Shown one piece after another: positions 19,786 through 29,253 of a DNA stretch of 64,000 nucleotides. Position 1 is the first letter of the stretch. Each line of letters opens with the position of its first letter. A program made the translations under genes and the position numbers. The stretch spans positions 2,822,539-2,886,538 of the forward strand of contig CP070695.1 of NCBI GenBank assembly GCA_020353515.1, written 5' to 3'. The notes under the pieces were generated by a model that saw only the letters and a program-made list of their open reading frames with translations, did not search any database and was not told the origin of the DNA. This DNA comes from Candidatus Heimdallarchaeota archaeon (GTDB taxonomy: Archaea; Asgardarchaeota; Heimdallarchaeia; Hodarchaeales; Hodarchaeaceae).

Positions 19786-20023
19786 TTTATGAATACTCTC
19801 CTTTGATTATCCCTAGTATCGGTAGTTCATTTAAAGCTAGTGTAAGCAGAGGGCTATATCGAAGTAATCTCATCTTCCTCATTCTTTTTCAACCATATCC
19901 TGCCAATATTTAAAGAACAACTAAATATAAACTTAAGAGTAATAGCAGGGGTACGATTAACTGAGTCATTTTCAGTGAATTCCCTCATCCCTTGAAGAAA
20001 CAGAAGAATGGGAATTTAGGTGT

Positions 20024-20401
20024 TTATAAATTCTTGTGCTTCAACGCCAGAAGAAATTCCTTGTTAATAGTGATCTTATTCCGAAGGTACTCTTGCTCAA
20101 TAAGATGTTTCTGGACGGTAGTCTCTAACTCCTCGATCTTTCCTTCTCGTGTCTGATACCCCTCTGATGCTGCCAAGATCTCTCGGATTGCCACATTACG
20201 GATCGTCTCGTTAGAGTATTTCTTTTTGCCCTGTTCATTCATGGCAGCATGAACTTCCCGCGTTACCCGATCAATTACCTCTTGCTGCTTTCGTTTCAAC
20301 CCATTGATGAGACTTATCAGCTCTAGACTTGCCAGCTGTTCTTGTTTCAGATACTCTACATCCTGAAGGATAGCTTGGGTGAACTGCTCAACTTCTTTCA
20401 T
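20024..20401 (-). CDS. Hypothetical coiled-coil protein
   Basis: 125 aa, AGGAG SD, GKKKYSNETIR within helical sequence. Confidence 0.7.
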   Translation of the reverse strand: MKEVEQFTQAILQDVEYLKQEQLASLELISLINGLKRKQQEVIDRVTREVHAAMNEQGKKKYSNETIRNVAIREILAASEGYQTREGKIEELETTVQKHLIEQEYLRNKITINKEFLLALKHKNL

Positions 20402-20581
20402 TGTGACCGATTTCTCCTAAATCTAACCAAGATTAATGCAATATAATTTCTAAATTATCCCTATTTTTTGTTCTTCAAACGTCTCAAGTTATTAATTGTC
20501 ATAGTATATATTATCAAATTTACAGATAATTTAACTTATTCTCCATTCAATTTTAAGACAAGTTGAAAAAACACCTCAAAC

Positions 20582-21583
20582 ATGGATTTTTTTACCCATC
20601 TAATTATTAGTGTGGCGATAGCTAGTATAATAAGTTAAGATGAAGATACTCAACGTGCTTTCATAATAGGGGGATTAGCTCCTGATATAGACGTATTAAT
20701 TTCTTGGCTTCCAGCACTAATATTTCAACTATTTATTCTTCAGCATCGAGGCCTATTTCATACAGTCTTAGTGGCGCCAGTCATAGCAATGGGAATAATT
20801 CTCTCAACACAATACTTTGAAAGATTTAATCCCATTGAACGGTTAAAAGAACCTTTACAGGAGCAAGCTACTGAATTAAATTCTAAAACAATCTTCTGGG
20901 GGAGTATTGGCACCCTTTTACATCTATTTATGGATTACATTACCCAAGGGGGTTTATATTTGTTTTATCCTTTTATCAATGAACGTATAACTAGTGGTAC
21001 GATTTCTGTCTTCGATCCTCTGGTAACAGTGCTCTCTGGTATTGCTGTAATTCGTTTATTTTATAGTAAGGTTACCAGGGCAAACACCTATACATTTTCC
21101 CGATTTCAGAAATCAGCGAAGTCGTTAAGCATTCTTTTTGTTCTTCTTCTTAGTGGCTATACTCTTCTGCAAATTAACACGATGATCACGCATTCTCCCA
21201 GTTCTACGACACCAAATAGCATTCCCCTATTTCGATGGGTAGTATGGGAAGAAAATAATATCATTTCAATTGCCTCAGTAAATCAATTAACTCAACAAAT
21301 CGATAAAATCTACAGTTATTCACCTCTGACATACAATCAAACAGAATGGAACAGAATAACAATTGAATCCGTTGTGAAACAAGCCAAAGGGACTCTACAA
21401 TATCAGAAATTTAAATTTCAAGTAGGATCAGAATCACGTCTTGCAATTAATGCTACATTTAATGAAAAGGAAAATAGATGGGAAATATCATTTCTAGATA
21501 CACTCCAAGACGCCCAAAATCAATTTTATGGGATACCAGAGTGGTTCTCCATTGATACTGAAACGACCATTCTTCTGAATTAA
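20582..21583 (+). pseudogene. YdjM-like membrane metal-dependent hydrolase with premature TAA (20636-20638)
   Basis: MDFFTH...* ...APDID...HRGLFHT in frame with the 20771 ORF (HLFMD). Confidence 0.85.
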
Positions 21584-21648
21584 AAATTATCTTTATGCGA
21601 AGAATTCGAACATAATAACGCATCTGACGTTATTGAATAGAAGAGGGT

Positions 21649-22860
21649 CTATTTGAGATTTAATCCTTCATATGCGAGGGGTAGCAAACCTGACCTATCA
21701 AAAGCTGGATGAGGAAAAGTCACCTGCGTCATAAAAACACCTATTACTTCATTTAAAGGATCTACCCAGTAGTAAGTGTGCGCTGCTCCACCCCAACCAT
21801 GTTCACCTATTACTCCCAGCTCTTTAGAGTCTTTAATTCGCACTCTAATTCCAAGCCCTTGTCCATATTCATTTAAGTTCAGGAAATTTTCAACTATCAA
21901 AGGATTCAATGCTTGCTCAGTTATAGTTCGATTGGCCACAAGATAATTTCTTGTAATTAAATCAATTGTCGCAGGACATAAAAGCCGTTGTTCTTTAAAT
22001 TTTCCTTTATTAAGAAACATCAATGCAAAATTGAAAAAATCTTTCGTAGTGGAGACAAGTCCGCCTCCACCCGATAAAAATTTATAATTCTCAGTATATC
22101 GCTCCAATACATCAGGTAAGTTGATTAATTGTAACTTACTATCTTCGCTGTATGAATAGATCTTAACGAATCTATTTGCTTTTTCTTCAGGAACATAAAA
22201 TGAGGTATCAGTCATCTCTAAAGGCTGGAATATTCTTTTTTTCAAAAATTCATATAAAGAATTACCAGATAGTATCTCAATCAACCTTCCTAAAACATCC
22301 ATTGCATAACTATATCTGAAATAACTACCAGGTTGAAATCGAAGAGGAAGAGTTGAAATAATCTGGATTACTTCAGCCAGCGAAAGAGATTTTACCTTCT
22401 CAAAAGCTAATTCTTTATTATAGAGTTTATCAATAGGATCATCCTCAAATAATCCATAACTCAAACCAGAGGTGTGAGTAAATAAGTCAAGAATGGTGAT
22501 TTCTCTCTCTAATCTTTCAGTAATGATCTTTCCTTTTTCTTCTTTTATGAATACTTTCATCTCTTTGAATTCAGGAATAAATTTTGAGATAGAATCGTTT
22601 AGATCGAATTTACCCGCTTCAAATAGGATCATCAGCGCAACAGTGATAATGGGTTTGGTCATGGAATATATTCTGAAAATACTATCTAATTCTATAGGGA
22701 TATTATTCTCTAGATCTTGCCATCCAAATTTTTGTAAATATCGAATATTTCCTTTCTCATAGAGAAGAAAAATAGCTCCTGGGGCTTTCTTATCTTCTAC
22801 TAATTGATATAAAAAGGTGTCTAGCGCATTAAAATCAGATGATTTTATAGGATGCAACAT
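21649..22860 (-). CDS. Serine hydrolase, beta-lactamase family
   Basis: FRIYSMTK, LFTHTSGL, YS, GWGGA. Confidence 0.93.
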   Translation of the reverse strand: MLHPIKSSDFNALDTFLYQLVEDKKAPGAIFLLYEKGNIRYLQKFGWQDLENNIPIELDSIFRIYSMTKPIITVALMILFEAGKFDLNDSISKFIPEFKEMKVFIKEEKGKIITERLEREITILDLFTHTSGLSYGLFEDDPIDKLYNKELAFEKVKSLSLAEVIQIISTLPLRFQPGSYFRYSYAMDVLGRLIEILSGNSLYEFLKKRIFQPLEMTDTSFYVPEEKANRFVKIYSYSEDSKLQLINLPDVLERYTENYKFLSGGGGLVSTTKDFFNFALMFLNKGKFKEQRLLCPATIDLITRNYLVANRTITEQALNPLIVENFLNLNEYGQGLGIRVRIKDSKELGVIGEHGWGGAAHTYYWVDPLNEVIGVFMTQVTFPHPAFDRSGLLPLAYEGLNLK

Positions 22861-23076
22861 AACTTTTAATAGATTAATACTAATTAAAGAATTATTCTAT
22901 TGTAAGACTTCATCATCGGTAAAGTAACTGACAATAAAAAATCATCAAAAAAGTATAGATCCCAAAAGTTATAATCCCCTAAAATTAAATTTACTTTTAG
23001 TAACAAATAGACCTCTAATACCTGATTTCTACAAAAAGAAACAAAAAATGATTGTAATATTAAAAGAGGTGATTAA

Positions 23077-23451
23077 ATGAAAGACATTTCTGTAGTATTA
23101 GAAGACAAACCTGGTACTCTAGCTGATTTAGGAGAAACTCTAGGTAAGGCTAATATTAATATAGAAGGCCTTTGCGGAGCTACCTGCAAAGGAGAAGACT
23201 TGATACACATTTTGGTAGAAGAATCTGGAAAAGCTTACAATGTACTTGAACGAGCGGGGTTTAAAATAAAAGAAGAACGAGAGGTACTCGTAATTGATAT
23301 CATGGAAATAGTAAGACAGCCTGGTTCAGGGGGTAGATTATTCCGCAAACTAGCTCAAGAAGGCATAAATATTAACTTGATTTATTTAGCTGAAAATAAT
23401 AGAATAGTGATTGGAGTAGATGACCTAGAAAAGGCTAAATCAGTCTTGTAA
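23077..23451 (+). CDS. ACT domain protein
   Basis: LEDKPGTL...NINI duplicated ACT pattern. Confidence 0.88.
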   Translation: MKDISVVLEDKPGTLADLGETLGKANINIEGLCGATCKGEDLIHILVEESGKAYNVLERAGFKIKEEREVLVIDIMEIVRQPGSGGRLFRKLAQEGININLIYLAENNRIVIGVDDLEKAKSVL

Positions 23452-23532
23452 TAGACTTTATCTAAATCCTAGGGAAAAGTTATAGTTTCTTTCCACTTTT
23501 TCTTTATTACCTCAAGAAAAATATCATTATAA

Positions 23533-24030
23533 TTGGTTCATATCGAAATGGAAGTTCGAGAATATCAAAAGAGCGATACAGAAGGCATTTTACTCCTACA
23601 TGAGGAATTTGAAACAGAATTCTTGGAAGAACACAGAATAATCACAGGAAGAGGACGCCAAAAATCAGACCTCGAAAATATCTATCAGTCATATCACCAG
23701 AAGGACAGAAAATTTTGGGTGATTGATCAGGAAGGAGAGATCATAGGGATGGTCGGGGTAATAATTGTTGATGAAAGTACCGCAGAATTGATCAGAATGA
23801 GAGTAAAAAATCACTATAGAAACCAAGGATTGGGAAAAAAACTGTTATCCAAAGTAGAAGAGTATTGCATTAACATTGGAATGAAGAGAATAATATTACA
23901 CACAGCAAAAAGACTTGTCATCGCCCGAAAAATGTATGAAAAGTATGGATTCAATTTATACAACGAACAAGTAATCCAGTGGCCAGTTCAATTTACCATG
24001 CTGTCATACTATAAAGATTTGAATGGATAA
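23533..24030 (+). CDS. GNAT acetyltransferase
   Basis: RMRV...YRNQGLGKKLL, MYEKYGF. Confidence 0.92.
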   Translation: MVHIEMEVREYQKSDTEGILLLHEEFETEFLEEHRIITGRGRQKSDLENIYQSYHQKDRKFWVIDQEGEIIGMVGVIIVDESTAELIRMRVKNHYRNQGLGKKLLSKVEEYCINIGMKRIILHTAKRLVIARKMYEKYGFNLYNEQVIQWPVQFTMLSYYKDLNG

Positions 24031-24154
24031 TTATTTTTCCTTGGTGTTTAATTCCTAAAAGAAAGAAATTTGTCAAGAGCGAAGGTGCGATTCAAACCGA
24101 TAGAGCTTCCACACATTTTTTCACTAGATTTATATTGCTTAATAAGAATTAAAC

Positions 24155-24529
24155 ATGATTGATATCACATGTCAGGATCTTGGGAGTGGTATCAAAAAGA
24201 AGATAGGTGATGAGAAAAAGATGTTATATCTTGTATATTGGGAATTAAATGAAGAAATAAGTTCAGCAGATATAGCTAGAACTGGAATAAAACTCAATGA
24301 ATTAGAGGAGATCGAAGGAGCAGAAGTAGTCTCTTGGATCGTTACTCCAGATAATTGGGGAATTTCACTTCTGAAAGTTGAAAGCGTAGAGGCAGCTTTT
24401 AAAACCGTGGCTAGGTGGAGGATCGCATTACCAGGCCTCTTCAAGTGTTGGAAAGGAGCACTAGCCATGGAAGTAGAACAAGCAATCCCATTGGCGGTGA
24501 GCGAAGCAGAACTAATAGAAAAGTTGTAA
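24155..24529 (+). CDS. Hypothetical protein (start probably internal ATG, MLYLVYWEL)
   Basis: GGTGA SD before the internal ATG; ferredoxin-like alternating pattern. Confidence 0.65.
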   Translation: MIDITCQDLGSGIKKKIGDEKKMLYLVYWELNEEISSADIARTGIKLNELEEIEGAEVVSWIVTPDNWGISLLKVESVEAAFKTVARWRIALPGLFKCWKGALAMEVEQAIPLAVSEAELIEKL

Positions 24530-24706
24530 AATATAGGTGGGGAGATTTTACAATATATACGTAAAAGCTCCCCATAAACTAAGGATTCAGCAAACAATAA
24601 TCGCTGGGATGACTAGAAGTTTGAAGCCACCTTTCTTCGTCCAAGAGAACACAACCAAGAGCGTATAAACAACAATCGTTATTAGAACTAAGTATTTACT
24701 CATAAT

Positions 24707-25456
24707 CTATGATTTCTGAGCAATAATTAAAGCTGTTTCTGCGTATTTTTTTGTCTCTTTATTCACTTTATCATCTATTTTTTGATATTTCCGGAATTGT
24801 GAATCCTTAATGAGCTTCAGAATCAGTGAGGGATATTTGAAAAGCATGAATCTTATAATTCCACGAATTCCAAGTTCTTTTGTCACACTGAAATCTGAAT
24901 CTATTTTCTCAAAAGTCTGTATTATTAATCCACTTTGTCGAAATAATTCTTTAATCGTGGTTTCTGTTAAAATATGTCCAGAAAAAGACGGATGCGTTGC
25001 TAAAAGATCTATTATCTCTTGAGGTAAAGTTTCAGAAAACATTGCCTCATTACAACCAATCTTTCCATCATCTCTTAGAACACGAGTCATTTCCCTCAAA
25101 GCCCTTCCTTCATCTTTTAATGGAGTTAAAACGGACTCAAAAATTATATAATCAAAATTATTCGGATCAAAAGGTAATTCATAAACACTGGCTACTCTGA
25201 AATCGGTAAAACTAGACAAATTTTCTTTATTAGCTCTTTTTATTGCCTCTGTAATCATATTTTCTGAGAGGTCTATTCCAGTAACGTGAACATCATGTCT
25301 TTTTGCAATCAAACAAGCAGTAAATCCAGAACCACAACCAACATCTAAAAGATTGGAATTCTCAGAGATCTTAAGAATTTCAAGTAATTTTTCTGTAGCT
25401 TTAGAGCCTCCAGGATGAAGGACAGGAAAATTTAATTGAGCAACAAAATTATACAT
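24707..25456 (-). CDS. Class I SAM-dependent methyltransferase
   Basis: HPGG, LDVGCGSG, LPF, RVLRDDG. Confidence 0.93.
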   Translation of the reverse strand: MYNFVAQLNFPVLHPGGSKATEKLLEILKISENSNLLDVGCGSGFTACLIAKRHDVHVTGIDLSENMITEAIKRANKENLSSFTDFRVASVYELPFDPNNFDYIIFESVLTPLKDEGRALREMTRVLRDDGKIGCNEAMFSETLPQEIIDLLATHPSFSGHILTETTIKELFRQSGLIIQTFEKIDSDFSVTKELGIRGIIRFMLFKYPSLILKLIKDSQFRKYQKIDDKVNKETKKYAETALIIAQKS

Positions 25457-25624
25457 CTCATCAGTAGGTAAGATCTTTTCTTTTTTAGGAAAAATAATCG
25501 ATCACCTTCAGTAAAGGACTTGTCTCTATGCTGTTTATATGTGAATCTTGTGATAATAAATTTTGAGACAAATCCAAATTTCAGCATAGTCCATTAAGGA
25601 CTTCTGTCTCTCTTATTTTGAAAC

Positions 25625-26554
25625 TTGATTCCAAAATCCATGACTATTTATAGTTGCAGGCACTTGGATACACGAAACTTAACTAATGATAATGAGGAAA
25701 TACATCTGCCTCGCAGATTAAGAAGACCTCCAATACTCCGAAGACCCCATACTCCTAGATCTAGTCAGGGAAACTTAATTCCCTCAACTTCCATTCCTGC
25801 TCCCTCATTGAGATTACAATTGATTGCGTTTATCTGGGATATCTTTCGAGGAGGAATACTCATTGCCTGTGTAGTCGGGATATTCTTTAGTATAATATTT
25901 ACTCCATGGATTCAAGATAATTTGCTACTTCCAGATACACCAGCATACCTGGCGACTGAAAATATCATCTTAGAATATGATCAATTCTGGTGTGAACCAG
26001 AGACAGATTTATCATTCCCTCGGGGGGAAGTAATCGGAATAAATTGGGTGGCAACGGGAAGCTTGGACTTTTATGTGCTAGATACAGAGAATTTTCAAGA
26101 ATTTCAAAACCCTGACAATCGGTTATTAAACAAATTTCACTCTGTATACGAGGTAAGAGGGGAAAAAAACCTAACAACAGAGATTCAAGTGGGAGTAACG
26201 GCTAGATATTACCTTATATGGTATTACTCACTCGCAAACTCAATTGAAAACTCACAAGATGACGTAGATCTCAGCTTTACAATCAAATTTCCTCCCAGTT
26301 CAAAAACCGTCATTTCACCATTAGTGATTTTAGTGACTTTCATCTTAATCACGTATTTTGTGCTAATTCTGGTGGTTTCTTTAAAAAAGTATGCCCTTTC
26401 ACCCGTGTCCAAGGATTTAGAAGAGGAAGAATTGAGGAGGGAGGAGAACAAAATCCAAGAACCCCAACTATGCCCAAATTGCTTTACAATAGTACTTGCG
26501 AATGAAACAAGCTGTCATAAGTGTGGTAGAAATAGATTCATAGATGATTCTTAG
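25625..26554 (+). CDS. Two-TM membrane protein with C-terminal zinc ribbon
   Basis: Two hydrophobic segments; CPNC...CHKC. Confidence 0.7.
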   Translation: MIPKSMTIYSCRHLDTRNLTNDNEEIHLPRRLRRPPILRRPHTPRSSQGNLIPSTSIPAPSLRLQLIAFIWDIFRGGILIACVVGIFFSIIFTPWIQDNLLLPDTPAYLATENIILEYDQFWCEPETDLSFPRGEVIGINWVATGSLDFYVLDTENFQEFQNPDNRLLNKFHSVYEVRGEKNLTTEIQVGVTARYYLIWYYSLANSIENSQDDVDLSFTIKFPPSSKTVISPLVILVTFILITYFVLILVVSLKKYALSPVSKDLEEEELRREENKIQEPQLCPNCFTIVLANETSCHKCGRNRFIDDS

Positions 26555-26672
26555 AATTGGAACCTAGAACTTATAGCTGATAATAGACTCTGTGAAACAG
26601 CTTATGGTTTATTTTAAGGGTATACTCTGATTTATTTCACCATCATTATCAGCTGCTACCAAAAAATCTGAG

Positions 26673-27551
26673 CTAGGATGTGATTAAACCATACACTCGA
26701 GAATGACTCGAATCATCAAGAATCTTGATTGAAAAACCAACAGTCTCAATTACTTCCTGAAGAATAGCTGGTGACACAAAATGAAGAGTGTACCGATAAA
26801 TCTCACGAGAGGCCAGAGTATAATCACGAGTAAACGTGTTGTAACACATATAAGTCACAGATTGGGCACCATATTCCATCTCAGTGGCAGGAAACTCATA
26901 ATATTCCGCAGCAATAATCCCCCTTCCTAACTCTAGGAGTAACTCCCCATCGTGACCCTTCCCTCGATCGATAGCTACTGGTAATTTCCCAGGAATTTTA
27001 AAGGTGGAAAACAGAAACATTCCATCTGGACCCAAATGATTTTGCACCTTCGTGAATAAGTTGTGTAACTCATTAAACGAAAAACTGGGAAAAGTATTCA
27101 TAGGGAGAAGAATAATATCAAAGAAAGTCTCCTTAAAAGCAGAGGTGGTTAGGAAGTCTTCAAAAATAATATCACAATTGTTGAGAGAGGGGTAGGTACT
27201 CTGATAACGATGAAAATACGGTTTAAAATGGGTACAGGTCTCAATTCCTTGAAATTTCATCGAATCGTTGAGCCAATGTTTCCCTTCTATGAGCTTTCGC
27301 AAGATTCTACCATATCCCGCCCCGATTTCCAAAATGGAAGAAGAATTTAGTTGAAAAACAAATGGAAGTTCAGGATCTTCCCTTCTTTCGTGGGTATACC
27401 GTCTTCGCCAAAATACTTCCGCCCAAGTTGTTGTTTTATGAAAGTCAAACTGGATATCATTGATCGTATCATTAGACTGGAGAAATTGGAGTCGCTGGAG
27501 TTTATCAAACTCTTCCTGAAGGGGAATTGGTTGCATTAAATTCAAATCCAC
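26673..27551 (-). CDS. Class I SAM-dependent methyltransferase
   Basis: ILEIGAGYGR, HLGPDGMF. Confidence 0.85.
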   Translation of the reverse strand: MDLNLMQPIPLQEEFDKLQRLQFLQSNDTINDIQFDFHKTTTWAEVFWRRRYTHERREDPELPFVFQLNSSSILEIGAGYGRILRKLIEGKHWLNDSMKFQGIETCTHFKPYFHRYQSTYPSLNNCDIIFEDFLTTSAFKETFFDIILLPMNTFPSFSFNELHNLFTKVQNHLGPDGMFLFSTFKIPGKLPVAIDRGKGHDGELLLELGRGIIAAEYYEFPATEMEYGAQSVTYMCYNTFTRDYTLASREIYRYTLHFVSPAILQEVIETVGFSIKILDDSSHSRVYGLITS

Positions 27552-27749
27552 TAATGGAGAAACAAGAAATAAAACCTCAAAAGGAGAGTTTTATCTCTAA
27601 CTCAAATTTTTTCAATAATCTTTGTTTCTAAATGCTTAATCATTAGTGCCTAGAGTCAAAATTAAGTATACTCAACAGCAATAATACACGCATATGCACT
27701 GATTAAAGACCTGCTATTATTCCTCGATATTTCCTTCTACTGACCTTTC

Positions 27750-28661
27750 TCATGTCAATTCTGAGAGAAAGTTAGAATATTCCAGCATGATGGCTTTTCC
27801 TTGTTTCTTCTTTATATTCGGACTTATGTGTTCGAATCCTGCAAATTCAACAAGTTTAGCATTTGTTAATCTTGGTGCTAGATCTCTGGCAAGTTCAATA
27901 GGGGTGACTCGGTCAAAGGTGCCGTTAAGTAATAATACAGGCTTATTTCCTATGGAATTAATACAGGAAGCATAGAAATCAATTTCTTTTTCAATGTCCT
28001 GAGCATAATATCTAAAGAGCAGTTCAAGCGTTCGTATTGGTGTTCCTTCAAGTAATGAAAATGTCCGTCTTTCCAGGATCCAACTAATGAGTTTTTCTTT
28101 CAAGTTTAATTCCGAATATTTCTTTTGAAAGATTGCAGGGGTGTATATTGTTCTTACGATTCGTTTATGATTAGTTGAGTTGATCTTTTCAGACAATATA
28201 TCATCTAATGTCATTAGATCTTCAAGTCGCTCTGTGAAAAGATTTTTCTCCTCCTCAAGCTTTGGACCAAGAAGATTGACAATGCCATATCCCGCAAGAC
28301 TCACTATTCTGTCAGGAAATAATCCAGTAAAAACTTGTCCCACCATGGATCCCTTGCTAACTCCAAAAAGATGAGCTTTTTTGATTTTCAAAAAATCGAG
28401 CAATCCTAAAAGTTCATCTGCCAAGGCCTTAAGAGTAAATTGCTCTATTTTGGGGGAGGATTTTCCGATGCCTTGATAGTCATATAGCACATAAGGATAA
28501 TCATCTTGAGTCAAATCCCGAAATGCAGGCAAATAGGTTGATAACCATTGTCTATAGTTGAATATTGAACCATTTAAGAAGATAACAGGCGGTGTGTTTG
28601 AATCACGCTTTTCGTAAAAATAATCGATTTCAACATCATCTTGAATTTTGGCTAATGGCAT
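27750..28661 (-). CDS. Alpha/beta hydrolase
   Basis: YDYQGIGKS, GVSKG, GTFD, EH. Confidence 0.9.
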   Translation of the reverse strand: MPLAKIQDDVEIDYFYEKRDSNTPPVIFLNGSIFNYRQWLSTYLPAFRDLTQDDYPYVLYDYQGIGKSSPKIEQFTLKALADELLGLLDFLKIKKAHLFGVSKGSMVGQVFTGLFPDRIVSLAGYGIVNLLGPKLEEEKNLFTERLEDLMTLDDILSEKINSTNHKRIVRTIYTPAIFQKKYSELNLKEKLISWILERRTFSLLEGTPIRTLELLFRYYAQDIEKEIDFYASCINSIGNKPVLLLNGTFDRVTPIELARDLAPRLTNAKLVEFAGFEHISPNIKKKQGKAIMLEYSNFLSELT

Positions 28662-28774
28662 TTAACCACCTTTTCCTAGCTCTTTTTTAGCAACTCATGA
28701 GGAATTTTGGTAATAACAACCTTAATGGAAGGACACTTATTAGATGCTATGATGATAACTATTTTGTGGGAAAG

Positions 28775-29230
28775 ATGAAAAGAGCCCAAATTGCAGTTTA
28801 TAAACAATTATGGGAATATTTTCTACGACAAGGACTGAAAACAATTGAGATTATTGAAGAAGAGGATGCCTGGGAGGTTAGAACCTTTCCTCAGGAATAC
28901 TCAGTGAGGGAAACATTCCATCACACCGTCCAAGCAATTTATGAAGATGCAGGCAGATGATTTATGGACGAGTTCAGAAAATATAAATCAAGTGGGATCC
29001 CTTCAGACGATTTGACCCGAGCTGTAAATCGTATGCTTAAGGCATTTGGAAAATTCAATGATGAAGAGCTGAGTAATGAAATAACATTCCAATGGGGAGA
29101 AAAAACAACAATTGCAGGAGCGATTCAGCAAAACCTGTTCCACGTGGTTGGGCATTTCAGCCAACTGCGAAATTGGGTAGGACAAGCCAAACGAAGGCGA
29201 GGGAGAGGGACACGGGATGATATATTATGA
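28775..29230 (+). pseudogene. DinB-like protein split by in-frame TGA (28958-28960)
   Basis: SVRETFHH in the first ORF, HVVGHFSQL in the second, same frame separated by TGA-TTT. Confidence 0.75.
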
Positions 29231-29253
29231 GGAGAAGAAAAAGGGAGACCTCA

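Noticed and set aside
16772-29230. UGA reassignment or selenocysteine in the CARF and DinB genes
   Set aside because: TGA terminates many normal genes here, other lesions are TAA or frameshifts, and no SECIS was recognised
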